Source: an uncultured bacterium
GTDB lineage: Bacteria > Hydrogenedentota > CAZGCA01 > CBFDCQ01
NCBI GenBank assembly: GCA_965603355.1
Contig: CBFDCQ010000003.1
Coordinates: forward strand, 20,802-84,801
Length of the DNA: 64,000 nucleotides
Direction: 5' to 3'
Below are positions 1 to 9,416 of this stretch, piece after piece (position 1 is the first letter of the stretch; each line of letters opens with the position of its first letter). Both the position numbers and the translations under genes were made by a program. Under the pieces are notes generated by a model that saw nothing but the letters and a program-made list of their open reading frames with translations, had not been told where the DNA came from and ran no database searches.

Positions 1-1153
1 GACGAGCGGTTGCCGGTACAGCGGCTAACCTGACGGACTTGTCTTCATCTCTCAATGCCTCCAGAAGTGCCGGCAGTGCCGACTTGTCGCCGCGGCGAGC
101 CAGCATGGTCGCAATCTCGGCTCGTATTCCCGGCGGCGTCTGCTTCATCTTCTCAACCCATTGCGCCGTTGCCTCGCTACCCGTGATATCGGCGGCCAGT
201 TCCAGGACGGCCGCACGGATCTCGGCGTCATCAATATCCGCGGCCGTCAGCAGGTCATCGAGGGCGTCGCTCCCGAGGGCGGTCACGAGCGTACTCAGCG
301 CCGCGCACCGCACGTTTTTCTCGAGAGGATCAGTGCGGGTGTTGAACAGGTAGCGGCAGATCGCCTCACACTGCTGTGTCTCACCCTCCTCCCCGAGCCG
401 CGCGGCGAACAGGAGGTAGAACGAGGTCGCTTTTGCCCGGTCGTAGGCTGAAGTCGTCTCAGCTGCTTGAGCCAACACCGGTGTGGCTGCCGGATCCCCG
501 ATGTTGGCAAGCGCGAACAGCGCCGCGTGGCGGACATCCGCGTCCTTGCTGGATGTGTACTTGAGAAGCCTTTTCACCGCATCCTTGCTGCGAACTGCGC
601 CCAGGGCGTTGATGACCGTGACCCGATTGGCCTCCTCCACTCTCGGTAAAGCCTTCAATAGAGCGGTCTCCGCGCCCGGTGCGCGAACTGCGAGCAACGC
701 CTGAGTTGCCGGCTCGCATAACGTATCATCCATGAGCCGTCTCGCCAGCGGGGCGACCGATTCATCCCCGCCAATCCGTTGAAGCTGCCGGATCAAGAAG
801 GCCTGTACCTCCTTGTCGGACGATCTCCTCAGGGCCTTTGCCAGTGCCCGCGCGACCATTTCTCGCTCCGTCCCGGCACCGGGACGATTAGCATACGTTG
901 CCAGACCGCTCAGGATGTATCGAGCCTTGCTGTCATCACCGACACCGGTCGGAGTAAGCGTCTCACAGACCTGCATTATTGCTCTCGGGCCGAGTTCCAC
1001 GAACCGGGCATTGATTTCGTTTTCCTCGGTCCGATTATGGGCGGGTACGCTGGCAAGTATCTCCAAATCAAGATCAACCTTCATAGAGACGCAGGAGGCA
1101 AGACAGATCAGCCCGAGAACCATGATTGCCTTTAACGGTTTGCGTCCTGCCAT
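1..1153 (-). CDS. HEAT/PBS-lyase-type helical-repeat lipoprotein; C-terminus runs off the window
   Basis: Absent from the ORF track because there is no stop inside the window. Manual reverse translation from ATG (1153-1151) gives MAGRKPLKAIMVLGLICLASC (signal peptide plus LASC lipobox). Repeats such as INALGAVRSKDAVKRLLKYTSSKDADVRHAALFALANIGDPAATPVL follow. The frame is open to nt 1, with GAGGAA about 9 nt upstream. Confidence 0.6.
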   Translation of the reverse strand, partial: MAGRKPLKAIMVLGLICLASCVSMKVDLDLEILASVPAHNRTEENEINARFVELGPRAIMQVCETLTPTGVGDDSKARYILSGLATYANRPGAGTEREMVARALAKALRRSSDKEVQAFLIRQLQRIGGDESVAPLARRLMDDTLCEPATQALLAVRAPGAETALLKALPRVEEANRVTVINALGAVRSKDAVKRLLKYTSSKDADVRHAALFALANIGDPAATPVLAQAAETTSAYDRAKATSFYLLFAARLGEEGETQQCEAICRYLFNTRTDPLEKNVRCAALSTLVTALGSDALDDLLTAADIDDAEIRAAVLELAADITGSEATAQWVEKMKQTPPGIRAEIATMLARRGDKSALPALLEALRDEDKSVRLAAVPATAR

Positions 1154-1182
1154 CCCAGCGTTCCTCAAATGCATTAATGTCC

Positions 1183-2460
1183 TCACAGATGCCACGGTGC
1201 GCGCATCGGTTGGTCCACAAGCCGGTTGGCCTCATCGTCATCTATAAACTGCTGTCGGTCCGGATCAAAATGAAGGGGTCTTCTCAAGCGCAAGGCGATC
1301 TTGCTCAGGTTGATCAGCGTACAGGACCGGTGCCCGTTCTCCTCGTTCACGGCGAACTTGCTGCGGGTTCTGACCGTGTGCAGAAAATCGGTAAGTTGAG
1401 GCTGCGGGTCGGGAAAAGCGGCAAGTTTCTCCTTCAGATTGGGAATATCTGACTCGAATCCCGGATAAAGCTTTCCTTCAGGGCCTTCGATGAACGCGTC
1501 GTTGGCTTCCCTGTTCTCTCCGTCAAGAACGATCTGGCACCCATCGGCATATTTCATGCGAATTCGCCGCCATGATCCGACGGCATCGGGATGCTGCTGT
1601 GGTGTGTCCGCCTCGATCTCAACCGGGCTGGTGCCGTCTTTGCCCAGAATGTACTGAACGGGGTCCAGGTAGTGCTGGCCCATATCGCCCAGGCCGCCGC
1701 CGTCATAATCCCAGTATCCGCGAAACGTCTGATGCACGCGATGCGGATGATAGGGTTTGTATGGAGCCGGTCCGAGCCACATATCGTAATCCAGCCGGCC
1801 GGGTACCGGCTCTACGGTCAGGTCGGTCCTCCCGTTCCAGCCGAACTTCCAGTCGAATCCTGTTGCGGTACCGATGGTGACTTTCAGTGGCCAGCCGAGC
1901 AGCCGGCTGTCAGCCAGCTTCCTAATCGGTTCGATGGTGGTTCCGAACTCGTAGAAAACGTCGGCGAAGCGAAACCAGATGTTGAGTCGGAAGACCCTGC
2001 CGTTGCTCTGCACGGCCTCAATGACTCTTTTCCCCTCACCGATGGTGCGCGTCATCGGTTTTTCGCAGAAGACATCCTTACCTGCCTGTGCGGCGGCGAT
2101 AGATATCAATGCATGCCAGTGGGGCGGAGTAACAATATGCACAATATCAATGTCGGGTCGAGCGAGGACTTCACGAAAATCCCTGTACCCGAGGACGCCT
2201 TCGCCGCCGATATCGAGCGCTTCCTGCAGGTGTCTCTCATCCACATCGCAGACCGCGAGGAGCTTGGTCCCATCGTCTCTCAGGTGCCCTTTTCCCATAC
2301 CGCCGACGCCGATCACGGCTTTGGTCAGCCGCTCGCTCGGGGCCGTGTAGCCCGGTCCTCCCAGTACGCGACGCGGTACTATCGAAAACAGTGTTGTCGC
2401 GGCAGCAGCTCTGGCCGCTTTGCCAAACACCTGTCTCCGGGTAATTCTTTTCGGTTTCAC
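1183..2460 (-). CDS. Gfo/Idh/MocA-family oxidoreductase with twin-arginine (Tat) signal
   Basis: 425-aa ORF. N-terminus KRITRRQVFGKAARAAAATTLF is Tat-like. Rossmann motif VIGVGGMGKGH and family motif FCEKPM are present. Confidence 0.85.
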   Translation of the reverse strand: MKPKRITRRQVFGKAARAAAATTLFSIVPRRVLGGPGYTAPSERLTKAVIGVGGMGKGHLRDDGTKLLAVCDVDERHLQEALDIGGEGVLGYRDFREVLARPDIDIVHIVTPPHWHALISIAAAQAGKDVFCEKPMTRTIGEGKRVIEAVQSNGRVFRLNIWFRFADVFYEFGTTIEPIRKLADSRLLGWPLKVTIGTATGFDWKFGWNGRTDLTVEPVPGRLDYDMWLGPAPYKPYHPHRVHQTFRGYWDYDGGGLGDMGQHYLDPVQYILGKDGTSPVEIEADTPQQHPDAVGSWRRIRMKYADGCQIVLDGENREANDAFIEGPEGKLYPGFESDIPNLKEKLAAFPDPQPQLTDFLHTVRTRSKFAVNEENGHRSCTLINLSKIALRLRRPLHFDPDRQQFIDDDEANRLVDQPMRAPWHL

Positions 2461-2488
2461 GTAAGTTCCTCGGTGAACAATCCGTCAA

Positions 2489-3310
2489 TCACGGTTGAAA
2501 AGCGCTCAGCCTCTCAACGGCCAGCGCGATGTCCCCAACCCGGTTGTCTCCGCCTTCGCGTTCGATTGCCAACACCCCGCCATACCCGATTTCTTTCAGA
2601 ACATTCAGGAACGTATCTCCTCCCACCTCGCCATCTCCCCAGGGCACTTCCGTACCCCAGGTACCCGGCGTTGGAGTGCGAACAGCGTCTTTAATGTGAA
2701 CGTGCTTTATCCACGGTCCTAACGTGCGCAGCGCTTCCTTCGGGTGCCCCTTGTCGTACAGGATCATGTTTGCCGGATCGAAGTTCACGCCTACAGCCGG
2801 GTGATTCAGACCTTCCAGGAAATGGAGCAATTCCTCGGCCGTTTCCTGGCCGGTTTCCAGCAGGAGCATAATGCCTTTCTCCGCGGCCATATCAACCAGG
2901 GATCGAATCCGGTCGCTGAACTTCCGGGCCTGTTCCGCCCGGGCAGCGTCGAGGAAACCTGCGTGCATGGACAGGTACTCGACGCCAAGATTCGCAGTCG
3001 CATCCGCCGCAGCGCGGAACAGCTCGCGATTTTGCGGCCACTGCTCGTCCGGCATGACGCCGCCGGTCACCTTAATGCTCTCGAGGGTCGAGTAGTCCTC
3101 CTGCGGGAAGTCAATCATCGTGCTGCTTATCGTCCAATTCTGGTTGTTAACCTCCGAGAGGTAGCTGTCGCCGTCGGCTTCCACCGCCGGCCTCACCGCG
3201 AGGTGTATATGCTCCACGCCCAGTCCGCGCATCACCTCCGCAACAGCAGGCACATCCTGTCTCAGCGACCAACTGCACACGCCTACCGGCCAACCGCCAC
3301 TCTTAATCAT
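2489..3310 (-). CDS. sugar phosphate isomerase/epimerase (xylose-isomerase-like TIM barrel)
   Basis: 273-aa ORF with LLLETGQET, VNFDPANMILY and HVHIKD motifs typical of the family. It lies between two Gfo/Idh/MocA genes. Confidence 0.8.
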   Translation of the reverse strand: MIKSGGWPVGVCSWSLRQDVPAVAEVMRGLGVEHIHLAVRPAVEADGDSYLSEVNNQNWTISSTMIDFPQEDYSTLESIKVTGGVMPDEQWPQNRELFRAAADATANLGVEYLSMHAGFLDAARAEQARKFSDRIRSLVDMAAEKGIMLLLETGQETAEELLHFLEGLNHPAVGVNFDPANMILYDKGHPKEALRTLGPWIKHVHIKDAVRTPTPGTWGTEVPWGDGEVGGDTFLNVLKEIGYGGVLAIEREGGDNRVGDIALAVERLSAFQP

Positions 3311-3340
3311 AACTCAACTCCCGAAATCTGTTCTCAGTTC

Positions 3341-4360
3341 CTATGCCAGTGAGATCTTTTTCCCGGTCCGTGCAGATTCCTTTTCTGCCTCAACGATCCT
3401 GACCGAGTTCCGCGATTGCTCCAGCGTCGTGACTTCCTTGACCTTTTCGCCACGTATAGCTTTCGCGAAGTGCGCGATTTCGAAGGAATAGCCATCCCCT
3501 TCTTCGATCGCCGGCGCGAACGCGTTGCCAACAGGTGGACAAACCTTGAACGCGGGTACACGTGTGTTGTCGTAAACGAGCGTCGCCTTCTCCATCTCAA
3601 TATTGAAGCTCATCTCAAACCCGAAGGATGGCATCATCTGCCAACTGCCCTCCGCGGTAATCATTCTATCGTCGCCATAAAGATACTGCGTTACGACATG
3701 CGTCAACCCCAAGCCGAGGCTTTTTGCTCCAAAACTCCGCACCGCACGCGGCATCCCGAGAAGGTACTGGACATAATCGGTATCGTGGATGTGCAGGTCA
3801 AGTGCCATGCCGCCGCTACGGCCCTCGTCCGTGAACCAGTTGCTGCGAGACCAGGTCGGGATCGAACCCAGCCGCCGAAACGTTGCCGCGACGACCTTTC
3901 CGTATTCGCCGCTATCGACCATGCCCTTCGCCTTGGCGTATTCCGGCCAGAACCGAATGCAATGGCCGATCAGGAGGATATTTCCGCTGCGTTTGGCAGC
4001 GGCAATCATATCGTCGCACTGAGCCACATTGAGCGCCATCGGCTTCTCACACAGGACGTGCAGGCCGGCCTCGAGCGCCTTTATCGAGAACTCCGCATGC
4101 AGGTCCGTCGGCAGCGTTATTGAAACTGCGTCCAAGTTGCTCTCCGCCAGCATTTCGTCGAAGTCGCTGTACAGACTGAGCTTATTGAACTCAATTCCTG
4201 CGTTGGTACCCTCAATATTGCCGGAGGCCCCGTTTTCCGTCTCCAACCGATCGGGGTCCGTATCGCAGATTGCTGTGACCTCGACTCCATCTGTAGCGCG
4301 CCAGCGGGCATAATGCATCCGCCCCATGAACCCGCATCCAACTAATGCAACTCTGACCAT
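3341..4360 (-). CDS. Gfo/Idh/MocA-family oxidoreductase (no signal peptide)
   Basis: 339-aa ORF with MVRVALVGCGFMGRMH Rossmann N-terminus and LCEKPMA motif. Confidence 0.85.
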   Translation of the reverse strand: MVRVALVGCGFMGRMHYARWRATDGVEVTAICDTDPDRLETENGASGNIEGTNAGIEFNKLSLYSDFDEMLAESNLDAVSITLPTDLHAEFSIKALEAGLHVLCEKPMALNVAQCDDMIAAAKRSGNILLIGHCIRFWPEYAKAKGMVDSGEYGKVVAATFRRLGSIPTWSRSNWFTDEGRSGGMALDLHIHDTDYVQYLLGMPRAVRSFGAKSLGLGLTHVVTQYLYGDDRMITAEGSWQMMPSFGFEMSFNIEMEKATLVYDNTRVPAFKVCPPVGNAFAPAIEEGDGYSFEIAHFAKAIRGEKVKEVTTLEQSRNSVRIVEAEKESARTGKKISLA

Positions 4361-4510
4361 GTCGTTACTCCCATACAGTATCTACCCAAGGACCACACCC
4401 TCAAGACAGTGATGTCCGCCCTCAACGTGACCTTGCCGCCCGTGAAGACAGCAGTGATTATAATCTACTTGCCAAAGTTCTACAAGATATTCCTCTTCAC
4501 GGAAGCCAGG

Positions 4511-4540
4511 TGGACATTGAGAGGCGGTCTGTTGTATAAT
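4511..4540 (+). promoter_or_regulatory. candidate sigma70-type promoter for secG (TGGACA-N18-TATAAT)
   Basis: TGGACA at 4511-4516 and TATAAT at 4535-4540, about 70 nt upstream of the secG ATG. Confidence 0.4.
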
Positions 4541-4611
4541 CAAGGGCCGAGGCACTGAGCCTTCGGTGGAATCGATTATTTTGAAGGAGTACTAACCGGA
4601 GAATTGGAACA

Positions 4612-4992
4612 ATGTACACGGTATTGCTCATATTGTTCATACCAGTCTGTTTGGCCCTCGTAGCGATAGTTCTGTTGCAGGTGGGAAAAGGGGCAGGTTT
4701 CGCGGGAGCGTTCGGCGCCGGTGGGGGCAGCCAGACAGTATTCGGGGCACGAGCGGGCACTTTCCTTACCAAGTTTACCGCGTGGTTGGCGGCGATGTTC
4801 ATGATCCTGGCATTGGCGATGGCTGTGCTTTCGTCAAAGACAGGGCCTGGCGGTGGTCCGAGACCCGCGCCGGTTGAGGGATCGGGGCAACCCGAACAGG
4901 CCGTGCTGCCGGAGGAAACGGCGGAACCGGAACCACTGACGTCACCGGATCAGCCGGAAGCACCGGAACAGGCGCCCGCAGAAACCGAATAA
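4612..4992 (+). CDS. secG: preprotein translocase subunit SecG with Pro/Glu-rich C-terminal tail
   Basis: 126 aa. Two TM helices flank the Gly-rich loop LLQVGKGAGFAGAFGAGGGSQTVFGARAG, typical of SecG. Confidence 0.8.
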   Translation: MYTVLLILFIPVCLALVAIVLLQVGKGAGFAGAFGAGGGSQTVFGARAGTFLTKFTAWLAAMFMILALAMAVLSSKTGPGGGPRPAPVEGSGQPEQAVLPEETAEPEPLTSPDQPEAPEQAPAETE

Positions 4993-5072
4993 CCTCAAAT
5001 CGTTTTTCCGTCTGGATAGCGTGGTTCGCGCACGAGGGTGTACTGTTGCATTTACCTCGGAAGGAGTCATAA

Positions 5073-6329
5073 GTGGACAAGTTTGTCGTCCGAGGCGGTA
5101 AGCCGGTGACCGGTGAGCTGGCGGCGCGCGGGTCAAAGAACGCCGCCCTGCCCATAATGGCCGCGTCCATCCTGTCCAGCGGCGAGTGCGTTATCGAGAA
5201 CATCCCGCGTCTCAGGGACACGGCGACGATGTGTGCGATGCTCCGTAAATTCGGGGCGACGGTCGATGAGGACGGCAACGGCAAGGCAACGATAGACGGC
5301 TCGACGTTCAAAGATGCGTTCGCATCGTACGATCTCGTCAGGACGATGCGCGCATCCTTCTTCGTGCTGGGGCCGCTGCTTGCGCGGTTCGGCTGGGCGA
5401 AGGTATCTCTTCCGGGCGGCTGCGCTATCGGGGCGAGGCCGGTTAACCTGCATATCGACGGGCTCGTCAAGATGGGTGCGGACATACGGCTCGTGTCCGG
5501 ATACGTTGAGGCGAAGGTTCAGAAACTGCACGGTGCGGACATAAACCTTGATTTCCCCAGCGTCGGCGCGACCGAGAACTTGATGATGGCCGCCTGTCTC
5601 GCCGACGGCCGGACCGTTATCAAAAACGCGGCGCGCGAACCGGAGATAGTCGACCTGCAGCAATTCCTGCAGACGACAGGCGCCGGAGTGGAGGGCGCGG
5701 GCACGAGTGAGATACGTGTTGAAGGGAAACGCGAGCTGGGTGCTGCAAGGCACTCGGTTGTCCCGGATAGAATGGAGACAGCGACCTTGCTGCTGGCAGG
5801 TCTGATCACGGGCGGCAGGGTCACGGTCACGCGTGCGGTGCCCCAACACCAGGACGCTTTTCTGGCAAGAGTTGGGGAGATGGGCGCCGAAGTCGAGTTG
5901 TCCGAGAACTCCATCACCGCGCACGCGAGCGGACGACTCAAAGGCTGCGACATAACGAGCCTGCCCTATCCGGGTTTTCCGACGGATCTGCAGCCGCACG
6001 CGATGGCGGCGCTGAGCATCGCAGATGGTACGAGCGCGATAACTGAGACCATATTCGAAAGGAGATTCATGCAGGTGCCGGAGCTGGTCCGAATGGGCGC
6101 CAACATCGAGGTCGAATCCAACGTTGCGGTGGTCCGCGGTGTGCCGAACCTTAAAGGTGCAGGAGTCATGGCGCCGGACTTGAGAGGTGGAGCGGCACTG
6201 GTGCTGGCCGCGTTGGCCGCACGAGGAGAGACGCATATACTGCGGGTCTACCACATTGACCGGGGGTACGACCGGCTTGAGGAGAGGCTGGCGGGATTGG
6301 GCGCGGATATAACGCGTGTTCCGGAGTGA
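5073..6329 (+). CDS. murA: UDP-N-acetylglucosamine 1-carboxyvinyltransferase
   Basis: 418 aa. N-terminus FVVRGGKPVTGELAARGSKNAALPIMAASIL and active-site region PGGCAIGARPVNLH. GTG start preceded by AAGGAG. Confidence 0.95.
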   Translation: MDKFVVRGGKPVTGELAARGSKNAALPIMAASILSSGECVIENIPRLRDTATMCAMLRKFGATVDEDGNGKATIDGSTFKDAFASYDLVRTMRASFFVLGPLLARFGWAKVSLPGGCAIGARPVNLHIDGLVKMGADIRLVSGYVEAKVQKLHGADINLDFPSVGATENLMMAACLADGRTVIKNAAREPEIVDLQQFLQTTGAGVEGAGTSEIRVEGKRELGAARHSVVPDRMETATLLLAGLITGGRVTVTRAVPQHQDAFLARVGEMGAEVELSENSITAHASGRLKGCDITSLPYPGFPTDLQPHAMAALSIADGTSAITETIFERRFMQVPELVRMGANIEVESNVAVVRGVPNLKGAGVMAPDLRGGAALVLAALAARGETHILRVYHIDRGYDRLEERLAGLGADITRVPE

Positions 6330-7654
6330 TCGCTGTGTCTGAACTCATCAAACAGTACGATCTGAGGGGAAAAGGGGCTCGGATTCCGCCTGTTCTGGCG
6401 GAGCCGCGTTCTGGAGCCACGTCCGGAAAAGGTCGACGCGTTGCGGTTGAGGCGCAGGTCAGGAAGATCGTTGAGACTGTCGCCAAGAAAGGTGATGCCG
6501 CTGTTGCTGCGTTCACCAAAGAGTTCGACGGTGTGGCGCTGAGTCCTCGCCGGTTCAAGGTAGGACCGGGCGAGATCACCGGCGCGCTCAAGAAGATCGA
6601 CAGGGACTTGCGCAGTTCTATGGAGAAAGCGCTCGAGAATGTCAGAGACTACCATGAAGCGGCCGTGCCTCGCGCGTTGGAATACAGGTCGGGGGACGGT
6701 GTGGTCCTGGAGGAACGGCTCACGCCGATAGAGCGCGTTGGAGTGTACGTGCCGGGCGGTAAGGCTTTCTACCCGTCCACCGTGCTCATGACGGTGGTAC
6801 CGGCGAAGGTCGCGGGATGCAAGGAGATTGTGGTAGTGTCGCCACCATCGTACAACGGGACGATACACCCGGCGATACTTGCCGCAGCTTCCCTTGCGGG
6901 TGCGACCAGCGTGTTCAGGATAGGCGGCGCGCAGGCTGTCGCCGCGTTGGCGTACGGCACGAAGACCGTTCCCGCGGTGGACAAGATTGTGGGGCCGGGA
7001 AATATCTACGTGACCGTTGCGAAGCGACTCGTGTCGAGCATGGTCGAGATAGACAAGGAGGCCGGCCCGAGCGAGATAGTGATCATCGCGGATAAGAGCG
7101 CCGACGGCGCCTGGGTGGCGGCGGATATGCTGGCGCAGGCGGAACATGAAAAGGATGCCGTGGCGATCCTGCTCACGAATTCGGTGCAGCTGGCGCGCAA
7201 GGTCGCCGGCGAGTTGGAGAACCAGCTCGAAAAGCTGCCACGGAAGCGGTCCGCTGGACAGGCGCTGAGGAAGAACGGCGCGATCGTCGTGACGTCTACG
7301 CTTGCTCGTGCAGCTGAACTCGCTAATATGCGCGCTCCGGAACATCTGGCGCTGATGGTCCAGAAGCCCAGGGCGATGCTTAAACTGATAAAGAACGCGG
7401 GAGCGATATTCCTCGGTCAGTACAGTCCCGTGGCGGTCGGGGACTATATCGCGGGACCCAGCCACGTCCTGCCGACAGGCGGTTCTGCACGCTATGCGTC
7501 GGCGCTCACGGTCGAGGACTTCATCAAGCGCAGCAGCGTGATAGCGTACACTAAGAAACGGCTCGCGAAGGATGCGGACGATATCGTGCGGCTCGCCGAG
7601 GCGGAAGGTTTCGACGCGCACGCGGAATCTGTCAAGTTGAGGTTGAGAAAATGA
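6326..7654 (+). CDS. hisD: histidinol dehydrogenase
   Basis: 442 aa with VGVYVPGGKAFYPSTVLM, QAEHEKDA and GDYIAGPSHVLPTGGSARY motifs. The start overlaps the murA stop (GTGA). Confidence 0.95.
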   Translation: MIAVSELIKQYDLRGKGARIPPVLAEPRSGATSGKGRRVAVEAQVRKIVETVAKKGDAAVAAFTKEFDGVALSPRRFKVGPGEITGALKKIDRDLRSSMEKALENVRDYHEAAVPRALEYRSGDGVVLEERLTPIERVGVYVPGGKAFYPSTVLMTVVPAKVAGCKEIVVVSPPSYNGTIHPAILAAASLAGATSVFRIGGAQAVAALAYGTKTVPAVDKIVGPGNIYVTVAKRLVSSMVEIDKEAGPSEIVIIADKSADGAWVAADMLAQAEHEKDAVAILLTNSVQLARKVAGELENQLEKLPRKRSAGQALRKNGAIVVTSTLARAAELANMRAPEHLALMVQKPRAMLKLIKNAGAIFLGQYSPVAVGDYIAGPSHVLPTGGSARYASALTVEDFIKRSSVIAYTKKRLAKDADDIVRLAEAEGFDAHAESVKLRLRK

Positions 7655-8700
7655 GTTACTTGCGAAAATGCGTGTCTGATGTCGGAGGGTACGTTCCTGG
7701 GGAACAGCCCGTCGGCGGCGGATACGTCAGGCTGAACACGAACGAGAACCCGTACCCGCCGTCACCGCGCGTGATTGAGGCGCTGCAGACGGCGGTCGGA
7801 CCGGCCATCACGCGGTACCCGCAGCCGACCGCGGACCGGCTCAGGGACAAGATCGCGCAGGTGTACGGTTTCGCGCAGGAGCAGATTATCGTCACAAACG
7901 GTATGGACGAGCTGCTCGGTCTTCTTGTGCGGACGTTCGTTGAGCCGGACGGCACCGTCCTGCTGACGAACCCAACCTACGTGCTGTACGAGACGATTGT
8001 GCGGCTGTACGGTGCGAGTACGGTATCGCACGAGCTGGAGGCGGATCTTTCGCTGCCGGAGAGCATCTTCAATACCGCTGACGGGCGACTCATGTTTCTC
8101 TCGAGACCCAACTCGCCCACCGGCAACATGTTCGACAAGGAGCGCTTAGCTAAGCTCGCGAGCGGGTTCGATGGGGTGGTCGCTGTCGACGAGGCGTACG
8201 TCGATTTTGCGGAGGACAACTGTCTCGATCTGGCCCGCGAGAACGAGAACGTAATCGTTATGCGCACGTTCTCGAAATCGTTCTCGCTGGCGGGACTCAG
8301 GATCGGGTTCGGCGTAGCGAACCGCGAGATCGTTGCCGGGTTGATGAAGGTCAAGGACTCGTACAACGTTAACGTGTTGAGCCAGGCGGCGGCCATCGCG
8401 GCGCTGGACGATTACGAGTACATGGTGGAATGCGCCGGGAAGGTCAAGCGGACGCGCGACAGGCTAACGGCGGAGCTCGTGTCACTGGGGTTCGACGTGC
8501 CTCCGTCCCAGGCGAACTTCGTGCTCGCGACACCGGACAAGTACCCTCTTGCCGCGCGTGACGTCTATCTGCGGCTGAAGGAGCGTAAGATACTAGTCCG
8601 CTTCCTGGATGTGAGAGGGCTGGACAATTCCGTGCGTATAACGGTGGGTACGGATGAGGAAACCGACCAGCTTCTGGCCGCGTTGAAAGATCTTTCCTAA
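7651..8700 (+). CDS. hisC: histidinol-phosphate aminotransferase
   Basis: 349 aa. RLNTNENPYPPSP N-terminal motif and PLP lysine context RTFSKSFSLAGLRIGF. ATGA overlap with hisD. Confidence 0.9.
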   Translation: MSYLRKCVSDVGGYVPGEQPVGGGYVRLNTNENPYPPSPRVIEALQTAVGPAITRYPQPTADRLRDKIAQVYGFAQEQIIVTNGMDELLGLLVRTFVEPDGTVLLTNPTYVLYETIVRLYGASTVSHELEADLSLPESIFNTADGRLMFLSRPNSPTGNMFDKERLAKLASGFDGVVAVDEAYVDFAEDNCLDLARENENVIVMRTFSKSFSLAGLRIGFGVANREIVAGLMKVKDSYNVNVLSQAAAIAALDDYEYMVECAGKVKRTRDRLTAELVSLGFDVPPSQANFVLATPDKYPLAARDVYLRLKERKILVRFLDVRGLDNSVRITVGTDEETDQLLAALKDLS

Positions 8701-9245
8701 CTATTGCGGTCGATCTCGTCGCGAAGCTCCCGGTTTTCCTTCCTGAGCCTGAGCAACTCGTCGGTCTGGTTCGCCAATTCCTTCTTGGCCGCGTCGAGTT
8801 CCTCGCGGTTTTCGTGTATCTCCTCGATCTTGGCGCGCAGGCCCTGTATCAAGGCCTGCTGTTCGCTCATCAGGGTACGTTCACGCAGCACACGCATGAT
8901 CTTCGCGCGCAGCTCGGCCAGCTCGAACGGTTTGAGGAGAAAATCGCTCGCGCCGGCTTCAACCATATCCACGAAGGTGTAGTCGTCGCCGAACGCGGTA
9001 ACGATAATCACGCACTGGTCCGGTTTGATCTTCTTGACGCGTTTAAGCAGCTCGACGCCGTCCATCTCCGGCATGCGCACGTCGGACAGTATGATGGCAA
9101 AACTGTACCGCTCGACGAGGTCCAGCGCCTGGATACCGTTCCCGGCGGTCTCGCAGTCGTACCCGAACTCGCTCTCGATAAACTCGCGCAGCATATCCCG
9201 CGCGGCTTCCAGATCGTCAACTATGAGTATCTTTTCATCGGCCAT
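8697..9245 (-). CDS. response regulator: REC domain plus C-terminal coiled coil, no DNA-binding domain
   Basis: 182 aa. ILIVDD...ILSDVRMPEMDG...VTAFGD...LLKPF receiver motifs, then heptad-like LRAKIEEIHENREELDAAKKELANQTDELLRLRKENRELRDE. Confidence 0.8.
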   Translation of the reverse strand: MADEKILIVDDLEAARDMLREFIESEFGYDCETAGNGIQALDLVERYSFAIILSDVRMPEMDGVELLKRVKKIKPDQCVIIVTAFGDDYTFVDMVEAGASDFLLKPFELAELRAKIMRVLRERTLMSEQQALIQGLRAKIEEIHENREELDAAKKELANQTDELLRLRKENRELRDEIDRNS

Positions 9246-9416
9246 GTGCAGTCCCCAATGAGTGCCCCGTCACGAAAGTAGCGTTATTATAGACATGTAG
9301 TTACATCAGAGTCAAGGAGAAAACGTGGGACGTGACGTTGCGGCGAACGCCGGGCGAGTGGTATAGTGAGGATGCGGGCTACGTCATGATGTTTGGCGAA
9401 AAGGAGGGAAGTAGTC

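Noticed and set aside
5133-7621. Long minus-strand ORFs (373 aa at 5133..6254 and 457 aa at 6248..7621) opposite murA and hisD
   Set aside because: The plus-strand products carry unmistakable MurA and HisD motifs. The antisense ORFs are Arg/His/Pro-rich shadow frames typical of high-GC DNA, with no recognisable domains or RBS.
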